Part shown: piece after piece, positions 8,102 through 17,378 of the stretch
Position numbering within the stretch: the stretch's first letter is position 1
Layout of the letters: each line of letters begins with the position of its first letter
Assembly: GCA_964372755.1 (NCBI GenBank)
Contig: CAYJQX010000001.1
Coordinates: 6,563-70,562 of the forward strand
From: an uncultured Candidatus Saccharibacteria bacterium
GTDB taxonomy: Bacteria > Patescibacteriota > Minisyncoccia > UBA9983
DNA length: 64,000 nucleotides
Reading direction: 5' to 3'
Position numbers and translations under genes: made by a program
Notes under the pieces: generated by a model
Databases searched by the model: none
The model's input: the letters and a program-made list of their open reading frames with translations, nothing else
Told to the model about the DNA's origin: nothing

Positions 8102-9814
8102 ATGACTCAAAATCAAGCGCTTGAGATAATGAAAACAGGCGCTAATGTTTTTTTGACCGGCGAGCCCGGATCAGGGAAGACGCATACCATAAACGAGTAT
8201 GTGGCTTATTTGCTCTCTTGTGGCATTGAACCTTCTATTACGGCTTCAACCGGCATTGCCGCGACCCATATTGGCGGAATGACTATTCACTCGTGGAGTG
8301 GTATCGGGATTAGATCCAGATTGACTGAATACGATTTAGATAAAATTACTTCAACAGAATATATTGTAAAACGGGTGCGAAAAGCCAAGGTTCTCATCAT
8401 CGACGAAATTTCCATGCTCTCCGGAGAAACTCTTAATATGGTGGACGCCGTGTGCAAAGAAATAAAAAGAAATTCACTCTCTTTTGGCGGAATGCAAGTG
8501 ATTTTGGTGGGGGATTTTTTCCAACTTCCGCCTGTAAATAAAATTGAAAGAGAGGATGAGCCGGCGCAAATTTCTTTTCTTTTGGAAAATAAATCACATT
8601 TCGCTTACGAATCAGCCTCGTGGAAACAGGCTAATTTTATTGTTTGTTATTTAACCGAACAGCACAGGCAGGACGACCCTGATTTTCTCTCGCTCCTTTC
8701 TTCAATAAGGCGGAAGAATTTTAACCTTAGCCAGATCAAACATATGGAAAATCGCAAGATTTTAATACAAAACGCACCGCCACATGCGCCAAAACTTTTT
8801 TCGCACAATATAGACGTGGATGATGTTAATAAAAAAGCCCTGGAAGATATTTCGGGGAGCCCAAAAGTTTTCGAGATGTCCTCAAAAGGGAATGAAATTT
8901 TGATAAATGCCCTAAAAAAAGGATGCTTGTCTCCAGAGAAACTTTCTCTTAAAATCGGAGCCTCGGTAATGTTTACGAAAAATAGCCCAAGAGAGGGATT
9001 TGTAAACGGGACGCTTGGAGAAGTGACAGGCTTTGACAAAGAAAACGGCTATCCGCTTGTTAAGATTCGCAGTGGAAGGACAATTATGGTTCAACCTATG
9101 GATTGGACGATTGAGGAAGGAGGCACTATTCGCGCGCGAATCACGCAGATGCCTTTGAGGTTGGCTTGGGCGATCACGGTGCACAAGAGCCAAGGAATGA
9201 GCTTGGATCAAGCCGTGGTAGATTTATCACAAGTTTTTGAATTCGGGCAGGGATACGTGGCTCTCTCCAGAGTGCGGAGATTTTCCGGTCTTTATCTGTT
9301 GGGTTGGAACAAGCGGGCTTTTGAGGTTCATCCGGAAGTCTTAGAAAAAGATCAGTATTTTCAAAGTATTTCCCAAGAGATGGCAAGCGCTTTTTCTAAA
9401 ATGGATTCTGGCGAGATTGCAAAATTGCACAAAAATTTTATTGTTGCTTGCGGAGGAAAGAAAACTCAATTGCGAAAGAAAGCGCTAACTCGAATCGGGA
9501 CAAAGGATAAGAAAAAAACGACCTTTGAAACAACCTTGGAAATTTTTAAAAAAGGGAATAATGTTTCGGAAATTGCCAAAGAAAGAAATTTGGCTGAAAC
9601 GACCATCGTTTCCCACTTGGAAAAATTATATATGAAAGATTTGATTGATCAGAAAGAAATTTTGCGTATTATTCCCGCGCGGACAAGGGTGGATTTGGAA
9701 AAGATACAAAGAGCTTTTGGAGAAAGTGAGGACAATAAGCTCCTGCCCGTTTTTGAGAAGTTTAAAGGTAAGTATTCGTTCGAAGATTTGAGACTCGTGA
9801 GGTTGCTTGTTTGA
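8102..9814 (+). CDS. Pif1/RecD-family ATP-dependent DNA helicase with C-terminal HTH domain
   Basis: Walker A GEPGSGKTH, Walker B VLIIDEISM, the Pif1 signature DFFQLPPV, and a C-terminal HTH region (NVSEIAKERNLAETTIVSHLEKL). The extended -10 TGATACAAT at 8085-8093 lies 8 nt before the ATG. Confidence 0.8.
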   Translation: MTQNQALEIMKTGANVFLTGEPGSGKTHTINEYVAYLLSCGIEPSITASTGIAATHIGGMTIHSWSGIGIRSRLTEYDLDKITSTEYIVKRVRKAKVLIIDEISMLSGETLNMVDAVCKEIKRNSLSFGGMQVILVGDFFQLPPVNKIEREDEPAQISFLLENKSHFAYESASWKQANFIVCYLTEQHRQDDPDFLSLLSSIRRKNFNLSQIKHMENRKILIQNAPPHAPKLFSHNIDVDDVNKKALEDISGSPKVFEMSSKGNEILINALKKGCLSPEKLSLKIGASVMFTKNSPREGFVNGTLGEVTGFDKENGYPLVKIRSGRTIMVQPMDWTIEEGGTIRARITQMPLRLAWAITVHKSQGMSLDQAVVDLSQVFEFGQGYVALSRVRRFSGLYLLGWNKRAFEVHPEVLEKDQYFQSISQEMASAFSKMDSGEIAKLHKNFIVACGGKKTQLRKKALTRIGTKDKKKTTFETTLEIFKKGNNVSEIAKERNLAETTIVSHLEKLYMKDLIDQKEILRIIPARTRVDLEKIQRAFGESEDNKLLPVFEKFKGKYSFEDLRLVRLLV

Positions 9815-9901
9815 CAAGACCTGTCGTGGAAAGCTAAAATTCCCTTTGGTTTTGTTTTTTAACTATATTTATCTTCTTAAAATAACGCGAGGGGGTTCGT
9901 T

Positions 9902-10708
9902 ATGTTTGTGGTTAAAGTAGGCGGGAGTCGAGGGATTAATTTGGAATATGTAATCAAAGATTTGGCTGACTTATCAGCAGGAGGAGAGAAATTTGTTTTG
10001 GTGCATGGCGTTTCCGAAGAGATGAACGAGATGTCGTCTAGACTCGGAAAGCCTGTGCGCACGATAACTTCGCCGTCCGGCTATGTTAGTCGGTACACAG
10101 ACAAGGAGACTATGGATATTTTTGGGATGGTCTCTGCGAAAATAAGGAACAAGATAGTTGAAGCGTTCCAGCAAAGAAAAGTTAACGCCCTCGGTTTAAG
10201 CGGAGTGGACGGACGGTTGTTGGAGGGCAAAAGAAAAGACTACATTCGCTCCATGGATGAGAAGGGGAGAATCTTGGTTATCCGCGACGATTACACAGGA
10301 AGAGTTGAAGAAGTGAATGTACCCTTACTCAACTCCCTGTTAAGGCAGGGATATGTTCCCATCGTCAGTCCCATGGCTGTGAGCCATGAAAGCGAGGCTA
10401 TCAATGTGGATGGCGATCGTGCCGCCGCGATAATTGCCGGAGCTCTTGGATTTTGTCGGCTGATTATTATTTCAAACACAGCCGGGTTGTTAAGGGACCC
10501 CGAAGACGAGTCATCACTCATTCAGACTCTTACTGAGGCCAAGATTGACGAGACCATAGAAAAATTTGCCCGTGGAAGAATGAAGAAAAAACTCTTGGGC
10601 GCTAAGGAGGCCTTTAGTCTGGGTGTCAAAGAGGTCATCTTGGCCGATGGGCGGATAGAGTTTCCAGTCTCCATCGCCCTTTCCGGCAGGGGAACTGTAA
10701 TAAGATAG
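9902..10708 (+). CDS. amino-acid kinase family protein, LysZ/ArgB-like ([LysW]-aminoadipate/acetylglutamate kinase-like)
   Basis: MFVVKVGGSRGINLEY...VLVHGVSEEMNEMSSRLGKPVRTITSPSGYVSRYTDKETMDIF...GLSGVDGRLL...INVDGDRAAAIIAGAL is nearly collinear with Thermus LysZ. A GAGGGGG SD sits 6 nt upstream. Confidence 0.65.
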   Translation: MFVVKVGGSRGINLEYVIKDLADLSAGGEKFVLVHGVSEEMNEMSSRLGKPVRTITSPSGYVSRYTDKETMDIFGMVSAKIRNKIVEAFQQRKVNALGLSGVDGRLLEGKRKDYIRSMDEKGRILVIRDDYTGRVEEVNVPLLNSLLRQGYVPIVSPMAVSHESEAINVDGDRAAAIIAGALGFCRLIIISNTAGLLRDPEDESSLIQTLTEAKIDETIEKFARGRMKKKLLGAKEAFSLGVKEVILADGRIEFPVSIALSGRGTVIR

Positions 10709-10720
10709 AGTTTGTGTTCG

Positions 10721-10757
10721 GCCCGAGACAAGTGCTGTCTCGGGCTTTTTTTATTTT
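10721..10757 (+). terminator. rho-independent terminator
   Basis: GCCCGAGACA agtgc TGTCTCGGGC is a perfect 10-bp stem, followed by TTTTTTTATTTT. Confidence 0.75.
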
Positions 10758-10771
10758 CGTGATGAGATAGT

Positions 10772-11371
10772 ATGGAAAGTGTGAAAAGAGAGGAAAAACT
10801 GGCCGATTTTCTTTTTGAGATCGGAACATTGAGAAAAACGGCTCGGGCGCACAGGCAGGTGCTTTTTTCGGATGATTTGTCCGACAATATCGCCTCGCAT
10901 TCTTTTCGAGTGGCTGTTATCGGCTGGGTTTTGGCGAAAATGGAAAAAGCGGATGAAAATAAAGTTCTTAAAATGTGTCTTCTCCACGATACAGGGGAAA
11001 CCAGAAGCAATGACCATAATTGGATTCATAAAAAATACACTAAAGTTTTCGATAAAGAAATTATAGAAGATCAGCTCTCCGGTTTGCCTTACAAAGATTT
11101 TTTGTCTGCGGCCCAAGAATATGAAGAGAGAAAAACCAAAGAGTCTATAATTGCCAAAGACGCCGATATTCTTGATCAGATTTTGCTTTTGCGGGAATAT
11201 GAATGGGGAGGAAACAAAGAAGCATCCCTTTGGCTTTATGGAAATGGCAAGAAAGGGAAAAGCCAGCTCAAAAAATTAAAGCTGAAATCTTCTATTAGGC
11301 TCGGAGAGGCAATCTATAATCAAAACCCTTCCGATTGGTGGGATAATATCTGGACGCCAAAAAACAGATAG
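10772..11371 (+). CDS. HD-domain phosphohydrolase (YfbR-like 5'-deoxynucleotidase family)
   Basis: HD motif HSFRVAVIGW...LLHDTGETRSND and the downstream AKDADILDQ. Confidence 0.7.
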   Translation: MESVKREEKLADFLFEIGTLRKTARAHRQVLFSDDLSDNIASHSFRVAVIGWVLAKMEKADENKVLKMCLLHDTGETRSNDHNWIHKKYTKVFDKEIIEDQLSGLPYKDFLSAAQEYEERKTKESIIAKDADILDQILLLREYEWGGNKEASLWLYGNGKKGKSQLKKLKLKSSIRLGEAIYNQNPSDWWDNIWTPKNR

Positions 11372-11422
11372 GTCCTTAATTATTTTTCCCAGAGAAAATA
11401 TAAATAAAACTTTAAATATTTT

Positions 11423-11866
11423 ATGGAAAGAAGTTTGGATGTAATGCTCATACATTTTTTCAGAAAAATTTCCGTGCCGATGGCGCGCCTTGGGCTTTTT
11501 GTGATTTTTTTCTGGTTCGGCGCGCTTAAAGTTTTTGGATTGAGTCCCGCCAGCGGATTAGTGGAATCTCTTTTTGAAAAAACAATCAGTTTTATGGCTT
11601 TCAACCACTTTATAATTTTATTTGGGTTATTTGAATGTTTCATCGGAGCATTATTTTTAATTAAAGGTATGGAAAGATTGGCGATGCTGTTACTTATCTT
11701 TCACATGGCAACAACTTCCATGCCTTTGTTTTTAGTAAAAGAGGCTGTCTGGAGCGGATTTTTAGTGCCGACTTTGGAGGGGCAATATATAATCAAAAAC
11801 CTCGTGGTGATTGCCTCGGCTATCGGCATTGTTTCGCACCTGCACCCTGTTGGTAGAAAAAAATAA
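11423..11866 (+). CDS. small polytopic membrane protein, unknown function
   Basis: Four predicted TM helices. No motif recognised. Confidence 0.4.
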   Translation: MERSLDVMLIHFFRKISVPMARLGLFVIFFWFGALKVFGLSPASGLVESLFEKTISFMAFNHFIILFGLFECFIGALFLIKGMERLAMLLLIFHMATTSMPLFLVKEAVWSGFLVPTLEGQYIIKNLVVIASAIGIVSHLHPVGRKK

Positions 11867-11903
11867 TATCCCGTTTTTCAAAAAAGAAAAACGGGATATT
11901 TTA
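11866..11903. terminator. bidirectional terminator hairpin between convergent genes
   Basis: ATATCCCGTTTTT caaaaaag AAAAACGGGATAT is a 13-bp stem flanked by A/T runs on both strands. Confidence 0.65.
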
Positions 11904-11921
11904 AGACCACCTAAACCCCTT

Positions 11922-12380
11922 CTAAACCCCTTTTACTATAAATTTTTTTATCAGTTCCCGATGAGTTTTAAAAAATCTCTCTTCGGGAAAGAAAATGTCA
12001 TCAAATTCTTTGAGCTTGATGGTGAAAATCGTTCCTTCTGTCATTATGGTTTTTGGCAGAGAGGATATTTCTTCTTCGGATGCTTGCAACCAAAAAAGGA
12101 TAAGTTCATGGCCGGGTTTTTGCAGGCGCCCGACTTCTCTTAGAGGCTTCTCCGTGATGTCAAAACCTGCTTTATTTTTCACCACTCTTCTGGCGGTTTC
12201 CTCGGGTGTTTCTTTCAAGATTTTTCTTCCAACAGGAAGTTTCCAGAAAGTCTGCTTGTGGACATCTTCTTCTCGGATGCATAGTACATGAAGAACAGAG
12301 CCCTTTCTTTTCGGTTTTTTGATTGGGCAGTGAATAAAAACTGCTGAAGCATGATCTTTTTCTGGGTTGAACTCGGACAA
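11922..12380 (-). CDS. NUDIX hydrolase
   Basis: NUDIX-box-like FWKLPVGRKILKETPEETARRVVKNKAGFD, matching the GX5EX7REUXEEXGU pattern. Confidence 0.55.
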   Translation of the reverse strand: MSEFNPEKDHASAVFIHCPIKKPKRKGSVLHVLCIREEDVHKQTFWKLPVGRKILKETPEETARRVVKNKAGFDITEKPLREVGRLQKPGHELILFWLQASEEEISSLPKTIMTEGTIFTIKLKEFDDIFFPEERFFKTHRELIKKFIVKGV

Positions 12381-12530
12381 AACAATTCACCTCCTTTTTC
12401 GATTCTCCTCTGAATTATAATTTAGGGTAAACAAATTCTGGCTCTATTATAACAGAAACAAAAATAAGTTATAATCAATGGATTCTCGGGTTCTGAAAAT
12501 AAGAGTAGAATCTAGGTATTTTTCATATAA

Positions 12531-13082
12531 ATGTTTGCAGAAATAGTCTACCTTACGCTGAATATTTTTCTGATTGCGCTTATTGTTGTTTTTACCTATG
12601 GGCTTATTTGGTCTCGGCGCGCTCCGCCTTTTATACCCGTGCCGAAAGATGTTGTTCCCCTTGTTATGGAAACTCTTGGGTTGAAGTCCGGAGAAATTTT
12701 TTACGATTTGGGCTCCGGCGATGGCAGGATTGTTTTTGGCGCCAAACAGAATCAGCCGAATGCCGACTGCAGGGGAGTAGAATATAACCGTATGGTCTAT
12801 TGGTTTAGCTTATGGAAAAGAAAAAAATTAAAATTAGACGGAGTGAAATTGATGAGAAAAAGTTTTTACAAAATTTCTGTTTCCGATGCGGACGCTATTT
12901 TCACTTACTTATATCCAAAAACCATGGATCTGCTTCTGCCGAAGCTTGAAGAAGAACTAAAACCGGGCGGAAGAGTGGTCTCCGTTGATTTTGAATTCTC
13001 AAAAAAAGCACCAAGCGAGGTGATTGAAATTAAAGGCAGAGATAGAAAACTCGGGAGGAGAATACTTGTTTATAGATTTTAA
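12531..13082 (+). CDS. membrane-anchored class I SAM-dependent methyltransferase
   Basis: N-terminal TM helix, then motif I EIFYDLGSGDGRIVF. Confidence 0.5.
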   Translation: MFAEIVYLTLNIFLIALIVVFTYGLIWSRRAPPFIPVPKDVVPLVMETLGLKSGEIFYDLGSGDGRIVFGAKQNQPNADCRGVEYNRMVYWFSLWKRKKLKLDGVKLMRKSFYKISVSDADAIFTYLYPKTMDLLLPKLEEELKPGGRVVSVDFEFSKKAPSEVIEIKGRDRKLGRRILVYRF

Positions 13083-13120
13083 CCGCTTAAATTCTCTGGA
13101 TTTAAGTTATACTCAAAGAT

Positions 13121-13993
13121 ATGGAAATTCTTACAACAGAGCCTTCAAAAGACTACGAGTTGGTAGATTCTGGCGACGGGGAAAAACTGGAGAGATACGG
13201 AAATTTTGTGCTTGCCCGTCCTGATCCTCAAGCCATTTGGGAAAAAAGATTGTCAAAAAAAATCTGGGACTCTGCCCACGGGGTTTTTTTAAATGCGAGC
13301 AAAACCCGCTCTGGCTGGAAGCTACTTTCAAAATTGCCGGAGAGATGGCCTGTGCAAATGAATGATCTAAAGTTCTGGGTTCGACCAAGCCCTTTTAAAC
13401 ATACTGGGATTTTTCCTGAACAGTTGGGAAATTGGCAGTGGATTGAGGAGAAAATAAAAACTTCTGGTCGTGCGCCTGCGGTCCTCAATCTTTTTGGCTA
13501 CACGGGAGGGGCAACCCTAGCCAGTCTTCATAGCGGAGCCTCGGTTGTTCATGTTGACAGTTCTAAAACAGCGATTGGCTGGGCCAAAGACAACACGGAA
13601 CTTTCTGGACTTTCCGATAGGCCTGTTCGATGGATATTGGAAGACACCCTTTCTTTTGTAAGAAGAGAAGTTCGTCGCGGAAACAGATATGACGGAATTA
13701 TTCTAGATCCGCCTTCTTTCGGCAGGGGTGTTAAAGGAGAGGTTTGGAAAATAGAAAAAAACTTGCCGGAGCTAATGGAGCTCGTCTTAGAGCTTTTACC
13801 GGGAACTCCTCTTTTTATTTTGTTAAATGGTTACGCTTCCGGTTATTCATCTTTGGCTTATAAAAATAATTTATTACCCCTTATGAACCGTTATGGAGGA
13901 AAATTGTCTTTCGGCGAGCTTTCAATCAAAGAATCTGGAAATGGTTACAGACTTCTGCCGGCCGGTATTTTTGCCAGATGGAGCCTGCAGTAA
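13121..13993 (+). CDS. SAM-dependent RNA methyltransferase, RlmI/RlmK (Methyltrans_SAM) family
   Basis: VLNLFGYTGGATLASL (motif I) and GIILDPPSFGRG (motif IV, DPPxF) are typical of RlmI-type 23S rRNA methyltransferases. TATACT sits 7 nt before the ATG. Confidence 0.6.
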   Translation: MEILTTEPSKDYELVDSGDGEKLERYGNFVLARPDPQAIWEKRLSKKIWDSAHGVFLNASKTRSGWKLLSKLPERWPVQMNDLKFWVRPSPFKHTGIFPEQLGNWQWIEEKIKTSGRAPAVLNLFGYTGGATLASLHSGASVVHVDSSKTAIGWAKDNTELSGLSDRPVRWILEDTLSFVRREVRRGNRYDGIILDPPSFGRGVKGEVWKIEKNLPELMELVLELLPGTPLFILLNGYASGYSSLAYKNNLLPLMNRYGGKLSFGELSIKESGNGYRLLPAGIFARWSLQ

Positions 13994-14078
13994 TCGACTT
14001 GATCCTATCAATTGTTCCTCTTAAGATTTTTCCATCCAGTAATAGATAAAAATTATTATTTTCTGATACAATAAAAAA

Positions 14079-14462
14079 GTGGAGTACGGAATAAACAAAA
14101 ATATAACGCCTGCCGAGGAATTGGAAATTTTACGCAACAGAGTAAAGGAGCTTGAAGCCGTAAACCCAAACTCTGAAAAGAAAGAAATTATAAAAGAGGT
14201 GTTAGCAAAACACCTTGAAGAAACACCTTCCCCAATTTTGCCTCCACAAGAGGGCTCCCCAAAAATACAGGAATCTGTGAATGAGGATGGCGTGGAGATT
14301 ATTGTGGATGAACACGGCGTGGATATGCACAAGTTTCTTTCCTTAATTCACGAAAAAGGCGTCTGGTATGCGCTGGATCTGGCTCGCCGGACATCTCCCC
14401 ACTTGCTGGACGATTTTCACAGTGTGACAATTCAATATTTACAATCAAATCATGGGTTTTGA
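14079..14462 (+). CDS. hypothetical protein
   Basis: GTG start 6 nt after TGATACAAT (14064-14072). Acidic, helical composition. No family recognised. Confidence 0.4.
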   Translation: MEYGINKNITPAEELEILRNRVKELEAVNPNSEKKEIIKEVLAKHLEETPSPILPPQEGSPKIQESVNEDGVEIIVDEHGVDMHKFLSLIHEKGVWYALDLARRTSPHLLDDFHSVTIQYLQSNHGF

Positions 14463-14593
14463 AAGGAAAATGTTGCTCTCGGGGTGAGTGCTCATGGTGA
14501 AATATAGAAAGCATCTTTTTCTTGAAACAGTCGGTTTTTTATTTGATTTATTTTACTGCATACCATATAAAATAAGTTCTCTCTTTTTAAAAA

Positions 14594-16978
14594 ATGCCTT
14601 TCCTTGCCTACATTTTTATGATTATCCCTCTTGCCGGATTAGCTTATACGGCTATTTATTTCTCTCATCGCCATTTGGAGAGAAAAAAATTACTGGAGAG
14701 TTTGAATTATGTCTTGTATGAAATAACCCTGCCGCAAGATAAATTAAAGGAAGGAGAAACATTCAAAGAAAGTGTGGCTTCAATGGCCAAACTCTATGTG
14801 GGACTCTCTGGCGAAAATACCCCGTTTTCTTTTGAAGTGGGATTGCCTGAAAAGGGGAGTGAAATAGTTTTTTTTGCCTCCGTATTGAAATCAAAAAGCG
14901 ACCTTTTTGAAAAACAACTGCAGGGCGTTTTTCCAAACGCGCAAACCAAGCTTAGAAAGGCCGACTACAATGTGTTTAAACCGGAAGGAGTGTCAGTGGC
15001 GACGGAGGCCACTCTCAAAGAACCTTATTTCTTACCTATAAAAACTTTTGACAAGTTTGAAGCCGATCCATTGACTCTGGTTTTAAACACTTTTTCTAAA
15101 ATAAAAAAAGAAGGTGAAGGCGCGGTCATTCAAGTTGTTTTAGCTCATGCCAACGAGTCAAAAATTAAACATATTCTCCATGCCGGAAATTCTATGAGGA
15201 ATGGCAAATCTTTCAAAAAGGCCATTAAAGGGGAAGAGACAATAATCTGGGCAGTTTTGAGAGGTTTTTGGCATCTTATCGCCGGATTTCCGAAGGAGCC
15301 AGAAAAACCAGAAAATACCGATTCCGTAAAGCTTAAATTACTGGAAGAAAAAGCTCTTTATCCTATTCTTGTGGCGAATATTCGTCTTATCGCCTCAGCC
15401 GAAAATGAGACAAGAGCCGAAGGAATTTTAAGCGAGTTGAAAAGCGCTTTCCAGCAATTTACAGATACCGCGGGAAACAGCTTGGTTTTTAAAAAACTTT
15501 CCTTTGTAGATACAAGAGATTTGTTCTTTAGATTTTCTTTCCGATTGCCGAATGATAAAAAGGCTATTTTTTTAAACGCTGGAGAAGTGGCCACAATTTT
15601 TCATATGCCAAAAGGCATTTTAGGAGCTTCTGCTCCACAGCTGAAATACACAAAAACCAGAGAATCGGCTCCGCCACTCAATCTTGCGAAAAATGGCGTT
15701 TTGCTCGGAGAAAATATCTACAGAGGAGAATCTTTGCCGGTGTATTTGTCCGATGATGACAGACGCAGGCATTTATATGTCATCGGTCAAACAGGCACAG
15801 GAAAATCTACGATGATAAAAAACATGGCGGTACAAGACATTGAAGCAGGCAAGGGTGTTTGTTTTATAGATCCGCATGGCTCCGATCTGCAGGATATTTT
15901 GGCTCGCGTGCCCGATAATCGCATAGAAGACGTTGTTTATTTCAATCCGAGCGACGTGGAACGGCCGATGGGGCTCAATATGCTGGAATACGATCCCCGT
16001 TATCCGGAACAAAAAACGTTTGTGGTCAACGAGCTTTTGGGGATTTTTAACAAACTTTTTGATATGAAAACGGCCGGAGGACCGATGTTTGAACAATATT
16101 TTAGGAATGCCACTCTTTTGGTTATGGATGATCCGGCTTCCGGAAACACTCTTTTTGAAATTTCTCGAGTTTTAAGCGATAAGACTTTTCGCGATTATAA
16201 ACTTTCTAAAACCACCAACCCGATCGCCCTTTCTTTTTGGAGAGATGTGGCGGAAAAAGCGGGAGGAGAAGGAGCGCTTCAAAACATTGTGCCTTATATC
16301 ACTTCCAAGTTTGATAATTTTCTCTCAAACGATATTATGCGTCCGATAATCGGGCAAGAAAGATCTTCCCTTAATTTTCGGGAAATAATGGATAGCCAGA
16401 AGATTTTACTGGTCAATCTCTCCAAAGGAAGATTGGGAGATTTAAACTCTTCGCTTTTGGGTCTAATTTTGGTGGGCAAACTTTTAATGGCTTCATTGTC
16501 GCGAGTGGATATGCCGGAGGCGGAGCGAAAAGATTTTTATCTATACATTGATGAATTTCAAAATGTTACCACCAATTCTATAGCCACTATTCTTTCGGAG
16601 GCAAGAAAATATCGTCTAGATCTCACCATCGCTCATCAATTTATCGGCCAACTGCAGGAAGATATCAAGAAAGCCGTTTTCGGCAATGTGGGTTCAATGG
16701 CTATTTTTCGTGTCGGCGCCGAGGATTCTGAGTTTTTGGAAAAACAACTCGCTCCTTTATACACGGCTCAAGACCTAATGAATATAGACAATTATAACGC
16801 TTATGTCAGGTTGCTTATTGCCGGAGAAACAGCCCGGCCTTTTAATATTATCGCGAGACCTTTTACCAAGGGAAGCGAGGAGGTCAAAGAAAAAGTTGCG
16901 GCCTTCTCTTCCTTAAAATATGGGAGGCCAAGGGATGAGATAGAGGCGGAGATAAGAAAGAAGTATTTACAAGATTAA
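14594..16978 (+). CDS. type IV secretion coupling-protein-like ATPase (VirD4/TraG/TrwB-like), N-terminal TM anchor
   Basis: N-terminal TM MPFLAYIFMIIPLAGLAYTAIYF. Walker A HLYVIGQTGTGKST, Walker B FYLYIDEFQNV, plus the downstream LTIAHQFIGQL and MAIFRVG blocks typical of the T4SS-DNA_transf/TraG family. Confidence 0.6.
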   Translation: MPFLAYIFMIIPLAGLAYTAIYFSHRHLERKKLLESLNYVLYEITLPQDKLKEGETFKESVASMAKLYVGLSGENTPFSFEVGLPEKGSEIVFFASVLKSKSDLFEKQLQGVFPNAQTKLRKADYNVFKPEGVSVATEATLKEPYFLPIKTFDKFEADPLTLVLNTFSKIKKEGEGAVIQVVLAHANESKIKHILHAGNSMRNGKSFKKAIKGEETIIWAVLRGFWHLIAGFPKEPEKPENTDSVKLKLLEEKALYPILVANIRLIASAENETRAEGILSELKSAFQQFTDTAGNSLVFKKLSFVDTRDLFFRFSFRLPNDKKAIFLNAGEVATIFHMPKGILGASAPQLKYTKTRESAPPLNLAKNGVLLGENIYRGESLPVYLSDDDRRRHLYVIGQTGTGKSTMIKNMAVQDIEAGKGVCFIDPHGSDLQDILARVPDNRIEDVVYFNPSDVERPMGLNMLEYDPRYPEQKTFVVNELLGIFNKLFDMKTAGGPMFEQYFRNATLLVMDDPASGNTLFEISRVLSDKTFRDYKLSKTTNPIALSFWRDVAEKAGGEGALQNIVPYITSKFDNFLSNDIMRPIIGQERSSLNFREIMDSQKILLVNLSKGRLGDLNSSLLGLILVGKLLMASLSRVDMPEAERKDFYLYIDEFQNVTTNSIATILSEARKYRLDLTIAHQFIGQLQEDIKKAVFGNVGSMAIFRVGAEDSEFLEKQLAPLYTAQDLMNIDNYNAYVRLLIAGETARPFNIIARPFTKGSEEVKEKVAAFSSLKYGRPRDEIEAEIRKKYLQD

Positions 16979-17042
16979 AATGACAACTTTTTATTGTTCT
17001 GGTATTATTAAGATATAATTTATTAATAGAAAAATAATTTTT

Positions 17043-17369
17043 ATGCCCCCAAAAACACAAACGCTTCAAAACGACATTGTTACGGCTCTCGGCCTTAACG
17101 ATTTGCCGGAGGAGACTCGTGACGAGCTCATTGCCAAAATGACGGAAGTAGTGATCAAAAGACTGCTTCTCAATATTTTTGAAAAATTATCGGAGGATTC
17201 GGTTGAGGAGTTCGGCAAGCTTCAGACTTCCGGAGATGCGGAAGCTATGGAAGCTTTCTTGAAGGAAAAAATAGAAGATTACGATGGACTAGTGCAGAAA
17301 ACGGTTTCCGATTTTATTACCGAGGTGAAAGGAACAATAGAGACATTAAAAAGTTCCATAAATTCTTAA
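17043..17369 (+). CDS. small acidic hypothetical protein
   Basis: 108 aa, helical and acidic. Sits immediately downstream of the VirD4-like gene. Confidence 0.4.
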   Translation: MPPKTQTLQNDIVTALGLNDLPEETRDELIAKMTEVVIKRLLLNIFEKLSEDSVEEFGKLQTSGDAEAMEAFLKEKIEDYDGLVQKTVSDFITEVKGTIETLKSSINS

Positions 17370-17378
17370 TGATAAAAC

